58,969 bases of DNA. Source: Octopus bimaculoides (Eukaryota). The DNA lies in the NCBI RefSeq assembly GCF_001194135.2, contig NC_068982.1, positions 100,685,630-100,744,598 of the forward strand. Direction: 5' to 3'. The notes beneath the pieces were generated by a model. It saw only the letters and a program-made list of their open reading frames with translations. It had not been told where the DNA came from and did no database searches. A program made the position numbers and the translations under genes. Shown piece by piece: positions 26,166 through 38,480 of the stretch. The stretch's first letter is position 1. Each line of letters opens with the position of its first letter.

Positions 26166-26539
26166 TAAAGAACAACAGTAATAATACCGTCACCGGTATT
26201 GAAACTGCCTTGCTAGTTCTTTAGTATTCTGTGCCAAGTTAATATTAAACCAAAGTCTTATATCAGAGTGACAACAAATGATTCTGAGATGCGCTAGTAT
26301 TCATTGGTCAGTTCAAAGATGAAATTTGGTATTGAACTTATGAAATATGTAAGAGAAAGCAGTTACAATGTCGTTAATATAATTGGTTTGTCCTTGCTTT
26401 CGTATCTGCTTATGAGCATTGTAACAGTAAAAAGAAGTTGAGTTGTCAACGTAACTCAGTTGAAAAGCATTTAATATTGCTGCAAAGCGGGAGTAACTAG
26501 AATTAGAGAAGTGATATCCTTAATAATCAGTAGACAGGT

Positions 26540-26940
26540 GTGGTCCTTGTGTATATCGGATTGTCAAAACTCTCCGTTTCCCTCGGTGTTGTGCTGCATG
26601 CATACGATCACTCAGGCTTTTGTTTCCAGTCTATTATTTGATGTGATCTGTCTACAAATGACTTTGACGGCTTCTTGCTTTTTTCTCCTCTGTACTTCCT
26701 TTCAGGATGGTGTTAGGCAATGACTCGTGGCACATTATATGTCCAAAATATTGTGGCTTCGTGGACTTGATTCTCGACAATAAGTGTCGTTGAACTTCCA
26801 TGTTTTCTAGTGCTGCAGCGTTTGTTATCTTGTCTTTCCGGGTTATACTGTGCCCAGTCTGCGAAAGATCTACAGTTTGCTACACAATTTTAGGCGCAAT
26901 GTTATGTCTTTTGAGATGAAGAATAATTGCGTGCAAAAAT
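26540..26940 (-). mobile_element. RTE-clade LINE 3' coding fragment
   Basis: KPQYFGHIMCHESLPNTILKGSTEEKKARSRQ, like the RTE YFGHI-R...G-VEGKR-RGR motif. Confidence 0.7.
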
Positions 26941-27658
26941 TGAAATATTTCATGTGTAATGTACAAGAGACAGATTCACTTTGAGAAAGTTTCCAACGAT
27001 TCCATTTTCACTTTCGTCTTTGTTTTGCATTTAACGATTTCTTTTCTAAATCGTATCGCAAGCTGTTTTTTTTTCTTTATGTTATCATACACGACTTTTT
27101 GAATGAAAAGTGAAATGAGAAGGTTTTTGAAATTTAGCGACATTTTTCTCATTGTATCATCTAATCCATTAACTAATTTTCTCATAGGCAGACCAAGATA
27201 TTCCTATGGAATTTGACCAAATGAGGTTTATTTTATAACATAGCCACCCCACCACCACCACCTGCATCCATCGCCGTTGCAGCATTTGGATCTCATTGGC
27301 GAAAAAGCTTTCATCCTGTTCGTCAAAAAAGTTATTTTAGGCTGAAACGCATAAAAGAATAAAAGAATAAAACGACACACTCATTCATGCTTTGAGGAGA
27401 ATACTTCACCACATCATTCTCCATGCATGCTTGGAATTTAAATTTTGACAATATAAGATGAAAATAAGAATTATGACAGTTATAAAACCGATCTGTCCAT
27501 TATTGAGCACACGTCTTCCTACATTAAAGATTCCAGGAGTTGTGATCTTAGTCCTTTGAGGAAATATATCATCCTATTGCAATCTTTTGTAATACTGGTA
27601 AAATCCGGAATTCACAGTAGCCAGTGATGGTCCATATCGGTAAAAATCATTCAATATA

Positions 27659-28019
27659 CAGGGCGATTCAAAAGTCTCCATACATAGGAAAAATTTACTT
27701 TTTTATAAGTAAAAGTTTATAAGATCCCCTGATCTAACCCCTCTTGATTTCTATCTTTGCGGGCATTTGAAAGGCATGGTGTATCACGGAAAGATAAAAG
27801 GCATAAATTATTTGAACGCTTCACCAACTCATTTGCTCACGTATCACCAGATGTGCTATTACGAGTTCACAATGAGTGGGGGTAAATGTATTGCAACGTA
27901 TATTCAAAACAATGGTAACCATATAGTGCCTGTTAAAAAAAAAAAAAGACTGTTCTTATAAACTGTTTCTTATAAAAAGATAAATGATTCCTATGTATGG
28001 CGACTTTTGAATCACCCTG
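27659..28019 (+). mobile_element. Tc1/mariner internal-deletion derivative (361 bp)
   Basis: 32-bp TIRs cagggcgattcaaaagtctccatacataggaa (2 mismatches), TA TSD on both sides, internal PDLTPLDFYLCGHLKGMVY transposase C-terminal motif. Confidence 0.9.
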
Positions 28020-28149
28020 TATAAATTTCGATATATTGTATTCTACGATCCGATAGGATTGTTGACTACAGCGTATTTAATTCTACTTAACCCTATAGTA
28101 AGGCTACAACAAACTAATTAATAAACTTATTTTATATATTTGCTGACAG

Positions 28150-28346
28150 AGCGATCACAGTGTCACATTTTCATCGAAAGGAAAACTTCCATGGATAGTA
28201 TACAATGGCAAACCAGTCGCAGATTCGCAGTTCTGCATTGAATACTTGAACAAGAAGTTGGGTATCAGCTTGAATAAGGAGTATGCTGATCTTGATGTAT
28301 CCGTTGGTCGAGCATTTCAGAAAATGGCCGAAGAAGAATTATATTG
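28150..28346 (+). CDS. FAXC: FAXC exon
   Basis: gacag|...TG|gtttgt; SDHSVTFSSKGKLPWIVYNGKPVADSQFCIEYL...RAFQKMAEEELYW; 197 nt, phase 0 to 2. Confidence 0.93.
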
Positions 28347-29542
28347 GTTTGTATGAAAACTTAAAAAAAGATGGGGTGGGCAATTCTCATAAATGTAAGC
28401 TCCTAACTATTACAATTTATACCCAGTTGAGAGGGTCGGTCATTGGTTATGGCTGAAAAGAGCTGATTAAACTTGGTTAGAGAAGTGACGTATAATTGCG
28501 AGTCGGGTGCCTGTTTCACTAAATGGCACGTCACACTCGCACGACTCCCTAATTTGAATGGCGTTGATGATCCCGGGACAAAGGACTTGAGATCGAATGT
28601 CGATGACTAAATACTAGTCAGTTGATCCAGTGGGCAGGGCCTCACATCAGTAGAGTGGGGGCGATGGGATGTAAAACCGTCGAGAAAAAGGCCATGAAAC
28701 GTTGTGCCTTCATCACTGCTGACCTCTGAAACCTACCTTCGTCCGGTATCCGGAACTTTCAATTGGTAGCACTCGCACAAGCAACATAAAAAAAAAATAT
28801 GCGTTTATTAAAAAAAAAAAAAAAGACAGAAGTCGCTATCTGGTCTAGGAATTGAACCGATAACCTTGTGAACAGTAGCCCAACATCTATTCCATTAGGT
28901 CAGGCGCCATCATAATGCATTTATTCCCAATATCTTCATTTGGGGTTACTTTCTAACACACATCTTATGCGTTACTTTTTTGATGCAACTCATCTGGCGA
29001 CCCTGTTCCCAGGTTCCTGTATAAATTAGGAAAGTAGTTTTATTAAAACAGAGATTACTACGATCACTATAAACTCCTTCCAAGAATTAATTCCTACCAC
29101 TAAACAGCCTCTGCTAGAAATATCAACCAAGTGTCCTTCAAATCACAATCCTACTGTCTTAAATAAGGAAAAGACACATTGGATAACATATAACACTATG
29201 CCTACCCTGAAACATAAAGGGTGATCTCGAGAATGAAAGAGGGGAAGGAACTAGAAAGGAAGTTGGTAAAAATAGAAAAACAAAAACGAAAAACTGAAAT
29301 TTTTGGTAAAATAATTCGTTCAGATTCGTAACTCCTGTTATGTGTAACAGACGAAAACTAAAAGTTAAAAAAAAAAAAAAAGAAAAACCTCACTCATTTC
29401 CTTGCTTTTTCTTTCTCCATTAGGTAGAAGTAGCTGTTGCAAAAGCTCGTTAAAAATGTTTTCTGTAATGAGTACGGTAATATAAATTTTCTGCTATTCC
29501 TGACTGTTACCTGTGAAGTCCGACGTTAGGAAATAATATAAA

Positions 29543-29933
29543 CTTCGCTTACCAACCACATGGTTCTGGGTTCATTCTCACTGCGTGGCATCTTGGGAAA
29601 GTGGCTTCTACTATAGCCTCGGGCCGATCAAAACCTTGTGAGTGGATTTGGTAGACGGAAACTGAAAGAAGCTTGTCGTATATATGTATATATTTATATA
29701 TATGTGTGTATATGTTTGTGTCTGTGTTTGTCCCCCCACAACATCGCTTGACAACTGACGGTGGTGTGTTTACATCCCCGTAACTTAGCGGTTCGGCAAA
29801 AGAGACTGATAGAATAAGTACTAAGCTTACAAAGAATAAGTCCTGGGGTCGATTTGCTCGACTAAAGGCGGTACCCCAGCATAGCCGCAGTCAAATGACT
29901 GAAACAAGTAAAAGAGTAAAAGAGTAAAGAGAG
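29543..29933 (+). mobile_element. Family C SINE; others at ~730-850, 15440-15600, 40490-40770, 44214-44333, 47535-47690, 48637-49019
   Basis: ccacatggttc.gggttca.tcccactgcgtggca head, internal (TA)/(TG) tract, gcagtcaaatgactgaaacaagtaaaagag tail. Confidence 0.8.
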
Positions 29934-31048
29934 TATTCTACACAGAGTTGTTCCCCTTTAATTATTAATATTGCAAATGACAGAAGGAAGGACTAAATGG
30001 CGAAACATTAGGAGTTACTTCCCTTGTGTGATATGTTGCTTTTGCAATGAACAAATTCAACTGTTTCGACAGTTATTATGAATAAAAAATAATAATAACA
30101 GTCAAAACAAGAATTGAACTTGTTCGTTATCAAGATAGATATTTTTTTTCTTTAAATCAGGAGAGAAAACATTGCTATAACATTTTATATTTGCCTCTGA
30201 GAGTGGTGGACGAGCGAAAGGAAGGAAGGTTGTGATAGAGTGAACTCCCCTAAAGGCATCCACCGTACCATGTCAAACTGGGCGTCATATTAAAGGATGG
30301 GAAAGGCATGAACGTTACATCTTCAGTTTATTGACAATACTCATTTTTTAATATACTCTAAAGTAAACACTATTTCCCTTACCTCACCAAAACATTTGTT
30401 GTATATGCTGTAACGGAATTCTATTCTTGCTGGAATCCATTTCAACTGAGAAAGCACTGCTTCCCAAACGGTCCATAGGAAGACTTATAGCTATGGACCT
30501 TCATGTACTCTGAAGGTACATGAAGATGCATAATGGTGAGTGGGGATAGAAGAACAGAGAGTGAGGCTGGGTAGCGTTTGCAAGGGTGTATGAGGAGATT
30601 GAGGGGGATGGTTAGAAATGGAGAATGGGTGGGGATGGGGTTCGAATATAAAGAAGAGCAAGGTTTAAGGAATGGTTGGTGCTAAATAGATGGAGAGACG
30701 GTAGGAAAGAATAGGTGATGACTATAGACATCGGGTGGGAGTAGTGAATTAGTGGACAAGGGTCAAGAGGTGAGAGAGGTGATGGACGATAGATATGAAA
30801 TGGAGAGAGGGTAGGGGAGAACAGGTGATGACAGACAGTTCAGAAGTGGATGAGGAGTAACAGAATAGTGATAATAGCAAAGGAGACAGGAGAAGAATGA
30901 GAATGAGAGAGACGAAAGTAACATTGGAAAATACATGGATTAAAATGGAATATATTTAATAAACCTATGAAGAAATGCCAACATGACTCCAACCAATGTT
31001 AACTTAATTAATGTTAGATATTTAACTAACCTTTTTCTATACAATCAG

Positions 31049-31254
31049 GACAATGTGTGCAGTGACATTTGGTGAGGATTTGACTGAAGTGAAGAAGGTT
31101 TTGCCTTACAAAGGTATTGAGCTTTGGATCAAACTGACAGCCATAAAACATGTTGTTCAAAAAGAGATGTGGGGTCATGGAATTGGTAGACATAATTCAA
31201 AGGAAATTTGGTCAATTGGTGAAAGAGATTTACATGCTATTTCTACATTCTTAG
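31049..31254 (+). CDS. FAXC: FAXC exon
   Basis: aatcag|...G|gtaaat; TMCAVTF...EMWGHGIGRHNSKEIWSIGERDLHAISTFLG with the FAX GHGIGR signature; 206 nt, phase 2 to 1. Confidence 0.93.
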
Positions 31255-31321
31255 GTAAATATTCCAATGTCTTCTTCAAATATCATATTTCAAATAAGAT
31301 GGTCCCTACACATTTTTAAGG

Positions 31322-31380
<59 letters not shown>

Positions 31381-31544
31381 TATAGATAGATATATATATA
31401 ATGATTTTGATCATGGCAGAGATAGGCTTCCTTAGATTTCATTTCTAATTTCTTGGTAAATTTAACAACATTATCAATAACTTACTAGTTCTATTCCTTA
31501 TCATTACCATTGTCAGTCCTTCTGTTTTACCTAGTAATAATAAT

Positions 31545-31875
31545 TATCGACTTTGCCTTTCATCCTTTCAGGGTCGATAAATCAAGCACCAGTGAAACAC
31601 TGGGATCGATGTAATTGACTTACCCCATCTCACCAAAATTCCAGGCCTTGTATTTATAGTAGAAATTATTATTATTATTATTTCGTTAGCACACTGGACG
31701 AAGTGCTTAGTGGTATTTCGCCCGTCGCTATGTTCTGAGTTCAAATTCTGCTGAGGTCGACTTTGCTTTTCATCCTTTTGGGGTCAATAAAATAAGTGCC
31801 AGTTATGCACTGGGGTCCATGTAATCGACTTATTCCCCCACCAAAATTTCAGGCCTTGTGCCTATAGTAGAAATT
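31545..31875 (+). mobile_element. Two tandem family B SINE copies with (ATT)n tails; two more at 34095-34495
   Basis: Same core as other B copies; junctions are (ATT)n. Confidence 0.8.
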
Positions 31876-31899
31876 ATTATTATTATTATTGGATCAATT

Positions 31900-33087
31900 A
31901 ACTGATCTTTTCTGGACTACTTTCTGGCAGGGGCCTATGGATAACTTCCAGAAATCCCTGGCCTAGCACTGCTACTGGGGAGCTCTGCTGGTTTGAAACA
32001 AGCCCTATAGACACGGAAGTGCTGTCAGATGGACCTGGCCAAGGTGAGCGCAGGGCGATGAAACCATCCTACATGCACTTGTCCAGTGTCCAGGCATTAC
32101 TGACTTGTGGAGCTTTGTGGAACAGCTGTTGACACATGTAGGACAGATTTGGTTATCAGCTGAGTCCATCATGAAGGTCATTCTGCTACCTTCTTTTGGC
32201 TGAGTAGGAGAAGCAGTTTCCCTCTGTCTAGTGGATATGGAGTGGAGGCACGATGGCCCAGTGGTTAGAGCAGCGGACTCGTGGTCATAGGATCGCGGTT
32301 TCGATTCCCAGACCGGGCGTTGTGAGTGTTTATTGAGCGAAAACACCTAAAAGCTCCACGAGGCTCCGGCAGGGGATGGTGGCAAAACCTGCTGTACTCT
32401 TTCACCACAACTTTCTCTCACTCTTACTTCCTGTTTCTGTTGTGCCTGTAATTCAAAGGGTCAGCCTTGTCACATTCTGTGTCACGCTGAATATCCCCGA
32501 GAATTACGTTAACGGTACACGTGTCTGTGGAGTGCTCAGCCACTTGCACGTTAATTTCACGAGCAGGCTGTTCCGTTGATCGGATCAACTGGAACCCTCG
32601 ACGTCGTAAGCGACGGGGTGCCAACAACAACAACAACAACAAGTGGCTATGGTGAAGGAGGTAGTGTTGTGGACAAGACTGAAAGGACTGAAGGCAGATA
32701 CTGTCCTATTTGGTTCCACTTGACAAGGAAAGTGAGGGTGGAGAGGGAAGTACTGCCCTCCCATCCCCAGTATTTTTGTGGAAAGGTGGGTGAATGTAGT
32801 GAAGATGGCCTGTGTGAATAGGCCTGCTCTGAACATTCACTTGTAAACTGGAGGAGTTGTGAAGGAGGGGCACTTACTGAGGTGCATCTGGTGGTCAGGG
32901 TAACCAGGATGTGTGGGATTCTTTGATTGTCTCTGGGATGAACTCTCCACTTTTGGGAAATTTTATTGTTTAATTTTATTTATAATTGTTATTGTTAATT
33001 GTTTCTTACTAAACCACACCTGTCCCTTGTGTTGTAGTGTTCTCTTGTGGTTTTGAGTTCGGCCCTTGTGGCCAATAAAGAAAACAC
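31900..33087 (+). mobile_element. Tx1/L1-clade LINE 3' fragment, interrupted by a SINE
   Basis: GPMDNFQKSLA*..RHG..WPR*AQGDETILHALVQCP (decayed CCHC knuckle); 3' UTR ending cttgtggccaataaagaaa. Confidence 0.75.
32241..32641 (+). mobile_element. Family A tRNA-SINE inserted in the Tx1/L1 fragment
   Basis: 11-bp TSD agtggatatgg / agtggctatgg (32230-32240 / 32642-32652); (CAA)n tail. Confidence 0.9.
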
Positions 33088-33099
33088 TATTATTATTAT

Positions 33100-34059
33100 T
33101 TTATGTTTGACTATAGCTTTGCATTTGTACAAGTTGGATCCAAGTCTCACCCAGAGACCTCAAGAGACAACAAGTTAGAAGTTCATGTAGGTGTTATGCC
33201 TAGGGTACCATATATTTGGATTTGTACATAGTATTGTTCTAGAAAATGTTTATGAAACCATAAGAAAATTATGTGTTTGTTTTAAAATTTGAGATCACAT
33301 AGTCAGTATTTTACGTAGGATATGGGCAGTTCCCATGAGCACTATCTTTTGAACTTCAACCATTTTGGGGTTTTCTGGTATTTGAGCTAGGTAGTAATCA
33401 GCCCGTTTCGCTGTCATTCCCAGGGCACCTATGACAATAGGTATTGTTTTAGTCTTCAGGTTCCACATTTTGCTAATTTCTATTTCNNNNNNNNNNNNNN
33501 NNNNNNNNNNNNNNNNNNNNNNNNNNNNNNNNNNNNNNNNNNNNNNNNNNNNNNNNNNNNNNNNNNNNNNNNNNNNNNNNNNNNNNNNNNNNNNNNNNNN
33601 NNNNNNNNNNNNNNNNNNNNNNNNNNNNNNNNNNNNNNNNNNNNNNNNNNNNNNNNNNNNNNNNNNNNCTGGGGGTGGTTTGTGTTCCCACCAGTTTTTA
33701 TCATGGGGCAAGTCCAGGTTTTTGTATATTACCTAGTGAATATATTGTGCAGCTCTATCATGCCTGTTGAGATACTCTGTAGGCGCAAGCAGACTGCACA
33801 TGGAGACAACATGATCGATGGTCTCATTTTGTTGTTGGCATGTACGACATAATGGGGAGCTGCCGTTCTTTAATATGTTGGCCTGGTAGTTCTTTGTAGG
33901 TAGGCATTGATCTTGGGCTGCTATGATAAACCCCTCTGTTTCTGATTTCAAGCCAGAGGCCATTAGCCATTGATGGGTAAGGGCTTTGTCAATATCTTCA
34001 TTATTCGCTCTCTTTGGGTATTTGCCATTGAGAGGTTTTCCATGCCATTTATCAGTCAT
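33100..34059 (-). mobile_element. 5'-truncated R4/Dong-clade LINE (thumb, CCHC, RLE, 3' UTR), gap inside
   Basis: SGLKSETEGFIIAAQDQ..CRTC..ETIDHVVSMC..RHD; WWEHKP; IPIVIGALG; (TAA)n at both ends. Confidence 0.88.
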
Positions 34060-34737
34060 TATTATTATTATTATTGTTATTATTATTATTATTAAGGTGA
34101 CAAGCTGGCAGAGTCGTTAGCACCTGGGCAAAATGCTAGGTGGCATTTCATCCACCTTTATGTTCTGAGTTCATATTCTGCTGAGGTCAACTTTGCCTTT
34201 CATCCTTTTGGATTGATAAAATACCAGTCACATACTTGGGGTGATGTAGCTGACTAATACATCTCCCTTCAATGGCTGTGTGCCTAAATTAAAAAAGTTT
34301 ATTATTAAAATCATTATTATTATGAATGGCAAAATTGTTATAGCATCATACTTTTTCACGCTGAAATCAAATCCTTCCAATGTCAACTTTGCTTTTTATC
34401 TTTCTGGGGCTGGTTGTTGAAATAAAGTACCAGTTAAGTACTGGGGTTGATTTAATTAATTAACTTCTCTTTCCAAATTCCTGGCATTGGCCTAAATTAA
34501 AAATGGTGGCCGTGGAAGCAATAGTTGTGGCAGCAGCATCATCAACAGTGGTAGTAGTGTCATATGTTACACACACACACACATTCTCATACAGGTGCAA
34601 ATACTCATACACACACACACAGCCATACACACACACATGCATACACACACACACACATGCACACACATGCTCACACACATACACGGGACATTATCTATTC
34701 AAGAACTGACCCCAGTGAATATATTTAACTATTGCAG

Positions 34738-34854
34738 GTAAGAAGAAATATTTTCTTGGTAATGAACCCAGTGAGGTGGACTGTGCCATGTTTGCTATGC
34801 TTGCTATGGTTAAGTGGAACATGCCTAATACACCGCATGAAAGACTCATGAAAA
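34738..34854 (+). CDS. FAXC: FAXC exon (GST-C domain)
   Basis: ttgcag|...|gtaagt; KKKYFLGNEPSEVDCAMFAMLAMVKWNMPNTPHERLMK; 117 nt, phase 1/1. Confidence 0.93.
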
Positions 34855-34913
34855 GTAAGTGATATTATTACTATTCATATTGTTACTGTGTCGTTTTTAT
34901 TGTTGTTATTATC

Positions 34914-36447
34914 AAGGTGGCAAGCTAGCAGAATCGTCAGCACGCCGGGTGAAATGCTTGATGGTATTTTATCTCTCATTCTGAGTTCAAATTCTGCGGA
35001 GGTCGACTTTGCCTTTCATCCTTTCAGGGTCAATAAATTAAGTACCAGTGAAACACTGGGATTGATGTAATTGACTCGTTCCTTCCCCTAAAATGGCTAC
35101 CCCTATGGAAAAATTTGAAACCATTAATAAGGCGGTGAGCTGGCAGAATCATTAGCATGCTGGGCAAAATGCTTAGCGGTATTTTGTCTGCTGCTATGTT
35201 CTAAGTTAAAATTCTGTGGAGGTTGACTTTGCCTTTCATCCTTTCAGGATCAATAAATTGNNNNNNNNNNNNNNNNNNNNNNNNNNNNNNNNNNNNNNNN
35301 NNNNNNNNNNNNNNNNNNNNNNNNNNNNNNNNNNNNNNNNNNNNNNNNNNNNNNNNNNNNNNNNNNNNNNNNNNNNNNNNNNNNNNNNNNNNNNNNNNNN
35401 NNNNNNNNNNNNNNNNNNNNNNNNNNNNNNNNNNNNNNNNNATTCTGAGTTCAAATTCTGCGGAGGTCGACTTTGCCTTTCATCCTTTCAGGGTCAATAA
35501 ATTAAGTACCAGTGAAACACTGGGATTGATGTAATTGACTCGTTCCTTCCCCTAAAATGGCTACCCCTATGGAAAAATTTGAAACCATTAATAAGGCGGT
35601 GAGCTGGCAGAATCATTAGCATGCTGGGCAAAATGCTTAGCGGTATTTTGTCTGCTGCTATGTTCTAAGTTAAAATTCTGTGGAGGTTGACTTTGCCTTT
35701 CATCCTTTCAGGATCAATAAATTGAGTACCAGTTGAAGACTGGGGTCGATGTAATCGACTCATCCCCAACCCCAAAATTGCTGCTCTAGTGGCAAAATTT
35801 GAAACCATTATTAAGGTGGCAACCTGGCAGAATCGCTTGCATGCTTGACAAAATGCTTAGCGCTATTTTGCCCATTACTGTGTTCTGAGTTCAAATTCTG
35901 CTGAGGTTGACTTTGCCTTTCATCCTTTCGGGAACGATGAAATAAGTACCAGTTATGCACTAGGATCGATGTAATTGACTTATCCCTTCCCCCAAAATTT
36001 CAGGCCTTGTGCCTTCAGTAGAAGGGATTATTAAGGTGGTGAGCTGGCGATCTGGCAAGCTGGGTGAAATGCTTAGTGGTATTCTGGGTTCAAAGTCTAC
36101 CAAGATCGACTTTGCCTTTCATCCTTTCAGGGTCAATAAATTAAGTACCAGTGAAACACTGGGGTTGTTGTAACTGATTTGTCTCCTACCCACTAAATTT
36201 CAGACCTTGTGTCTTCAGTAGAAAGGATTATTAAGGTCGCCAGCTAGCAGTATCGTTAGCACACTGGACGAAATACTTGGCAGTATTTTGTCCATCTTCA
36301 CGTTCTGAGTTCAAATTCTGCCGAGGTTGATTTTGCCTTTCATCCTTTTGGGAGTTGATAAAATAAGTATCAGTTGAGTACTGGGGTTGATGTAATCGAC
36401 TTATCTGCTCCTCCAAAATTGTTGACCCTGTGTCAAAATTTGAAACC
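34914..36447 (+). repeat. Head-to-tail array of 5-6 family B SINEs (~200-220 bp each)
   Basis: Unit starts at 34914, 35129, 35593, 35813, 36033, 36233; junction attattaa/attaataa. Confidence 0.88.
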
Positions 36448-36479
36448 ACAGATCAGAACTTAACTGCAACTCTTGGTGG

Positions 36480-36650
36480 TCCAAATCAGATTTGCAATCT
36501 ATGTGAGTGTCTTTTCAAAACATTGACTGGTTTAAAAAGCCACATTGAATACCATGATGGATTTAAGGTGTAAGTATAAGAGGTGGTCAGACTCTACGTA
36601 AGGAGTAGACAACCACCAAGTAAATATATATGAAATAATTAAGGAGGCTA
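36480..36650 (+). mobile_element. RTE/BovB LINE extreme 3' end
   Basis: QICNLCECLFKTLTGLKSHIEYH C2H2-like terminal motif. Confidence 0.55.
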
Positions 36651-38480
36651 GATGCAATTTAAAACCAAAAAGGAAATAATTCATCATTGTTAAAAGTGAC
36701 CAAAGGGTGCAATGAGCACCAGCATTGCAAGAAATAAAAGTCAAAGACTCATTAGCCACAAACAAAGCAAATGTTCTATGTACTGACAAGGGAGACAAAA
36801 CTCCCCAAAGCAAGTGAAAGTATCAGATTAGCATGCTGATTTTGTGTGCAATGATATNNNNNNNNNNNNNNNNNNNNNNNNNNNNNNNNNNNNNNNNNNN
36901 NNNNNNNNNNNNNNNNNNNNNNNNNNNNNNNNNNNNNNNNNNNNNNNNNNNNNNNNNNNNNNNNNNNNNNNNNNNNNNNNNNNNNNNNNNNNNNNNNNNN
37001 NNNNNNNNNNNNNNNNNNNNNNNNNNNNNNNNNNNNNNNNNNNNNNNNNNNNNNNNNNNNNNNNNNNNNNNNNNNNNNNNNNNNNNNNNNNNNNNNNNNN
37101 NNNNNNNNNNNNNNNNNNNNNNNNNNNNNNNNNNNNNNNNNNNNNNNNNNNNNNNNNNNNNNNNNNNNNNNNNNNNNNNNNNNNNNNNNNNNNNNNNNNN
37201 NNNNNNNNNNNNNNNNNNNNNNNNNNNNNNNNNNNNNNNNNNNNNNNNNNNNNNNNNNNNNNNNNNNNNNNNNNNNNNNNNNNNNNNNNNNNNNNNNNNN
37301 NNNNNNNNNNNNNNNNNNNNNNNNNNNNNNNNNNNNNNNNNNNNNNNNNNNNNNNNNNNNNNNNNNNNNNNNNNNNNNNNNNNNNNNNNNNNNNNNNNNN
37401 NNNNNNNNNNNNNNNNNNNNNNNNNNNNNNNNNNNNNNNNNNNNNNNNNNNNNNNNNNNNNNNNNNNNNNNNNNNNNNNNNNNNNNNNNNNNNNNNNNNN
37501 NNNNNNNNNNNNNNNNNNNNNNNNNNNNNNNNNNNNNNNNNNNNNNNNNNNNNNNNNNNNNNNNNNNNNNNNNNNNNNNNNNNNNNNNNNNNNNNNNNNN
37601 NNNNNNNNNNNNNNNNNNNNNNNNNNNNNACTAAAAGCAGTGCTCCAGCATGGCCGCAGTCAAATGACTGAAACAAGTAAAAGAGAGTAAAGAGTAATAT
37701 ATATATATATATATATATGTACCAGTGGTTATGCATTAGTGTGTGTATGGTGAGATGGTTGTGATAGATTTCATAGGATGATTATTTGATTAAAGAAAAT
37801 GGCAAAGATGCTGAACTTGACGCATATTTATGCTTGAGCATGTTGTTTCATGCTTCTTTATTGTATCAAATTTGCACGTTATCTCTCTGAGTTCAAATCA
37901 TGCCAAAAATCCTCTGTCTAGGGTTGACAAAATAAATATTAGAGGCATAATTTTTAAAATGTTAGAGTGATGGTCTTGAGTTCCTAAGCAATGTACAAAT
38001 ATTGGTATGTTTCAGTTTGTTTGAATGCCAAAACAGGTTTAATTTCTATTTCATGAAAATATGAGTTACAGTTGGGCCAGACAGCTGTAAAAACAGTTAC
38101 TGCAATCAAACCCTTTTCCTCCATACTAACAGAGAAAATTGAGAGTAGATGTGTGAAGCAGCAAGGAAGAGTAAACAGACTTAAAATCATCATCATCATC
38201 ATTGTCGTCATCATTTAACGTCTATTGTCCATGCTGGCATGGGTTGGACGGTTTGACTAGGGCTAATAAGGTGAGAAGCTGCACCAGACTCCAGTCTGTT
38301 TTAGCATGGTTTCTACTACTGGATGTTCTTCCTAACACCAACCACTCCGATAGTGTAATAGGTACTTTTACAAGCCACCAGCGTGGGTGCCAGTTGCATG
38401 ACTATGATTTCACTTGGTTCGATGGGTCTTCTTCTCAAGCACAGCATATCACCAAAGGTCTCAGTCGTTTGTCAATGCCT

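Noticed and set aside
28830-28915. tRNA-like sequence on the minus strand, and the tRNA-like heads of families A, C and E
   Set aside because: A/B-box remnants without full arm pairing; these are SINE heads, not tRNA genes.
34978-35724. Identical 283-bp duplication (34978-35260 and 35442-35724) around a gap
   Set aside because: An exact match ending and starting at the gap edges is typical of unmerged overlapping contigs; treated as a probable artefact until long reads say otherwise.
34914-36447. Regular repeat array as a CRISPR-like locus
   Set aside because: Units are ~210-bp SINEs found throughout the window, with no unique spacers or cas genes, in eukaryotic intron context.
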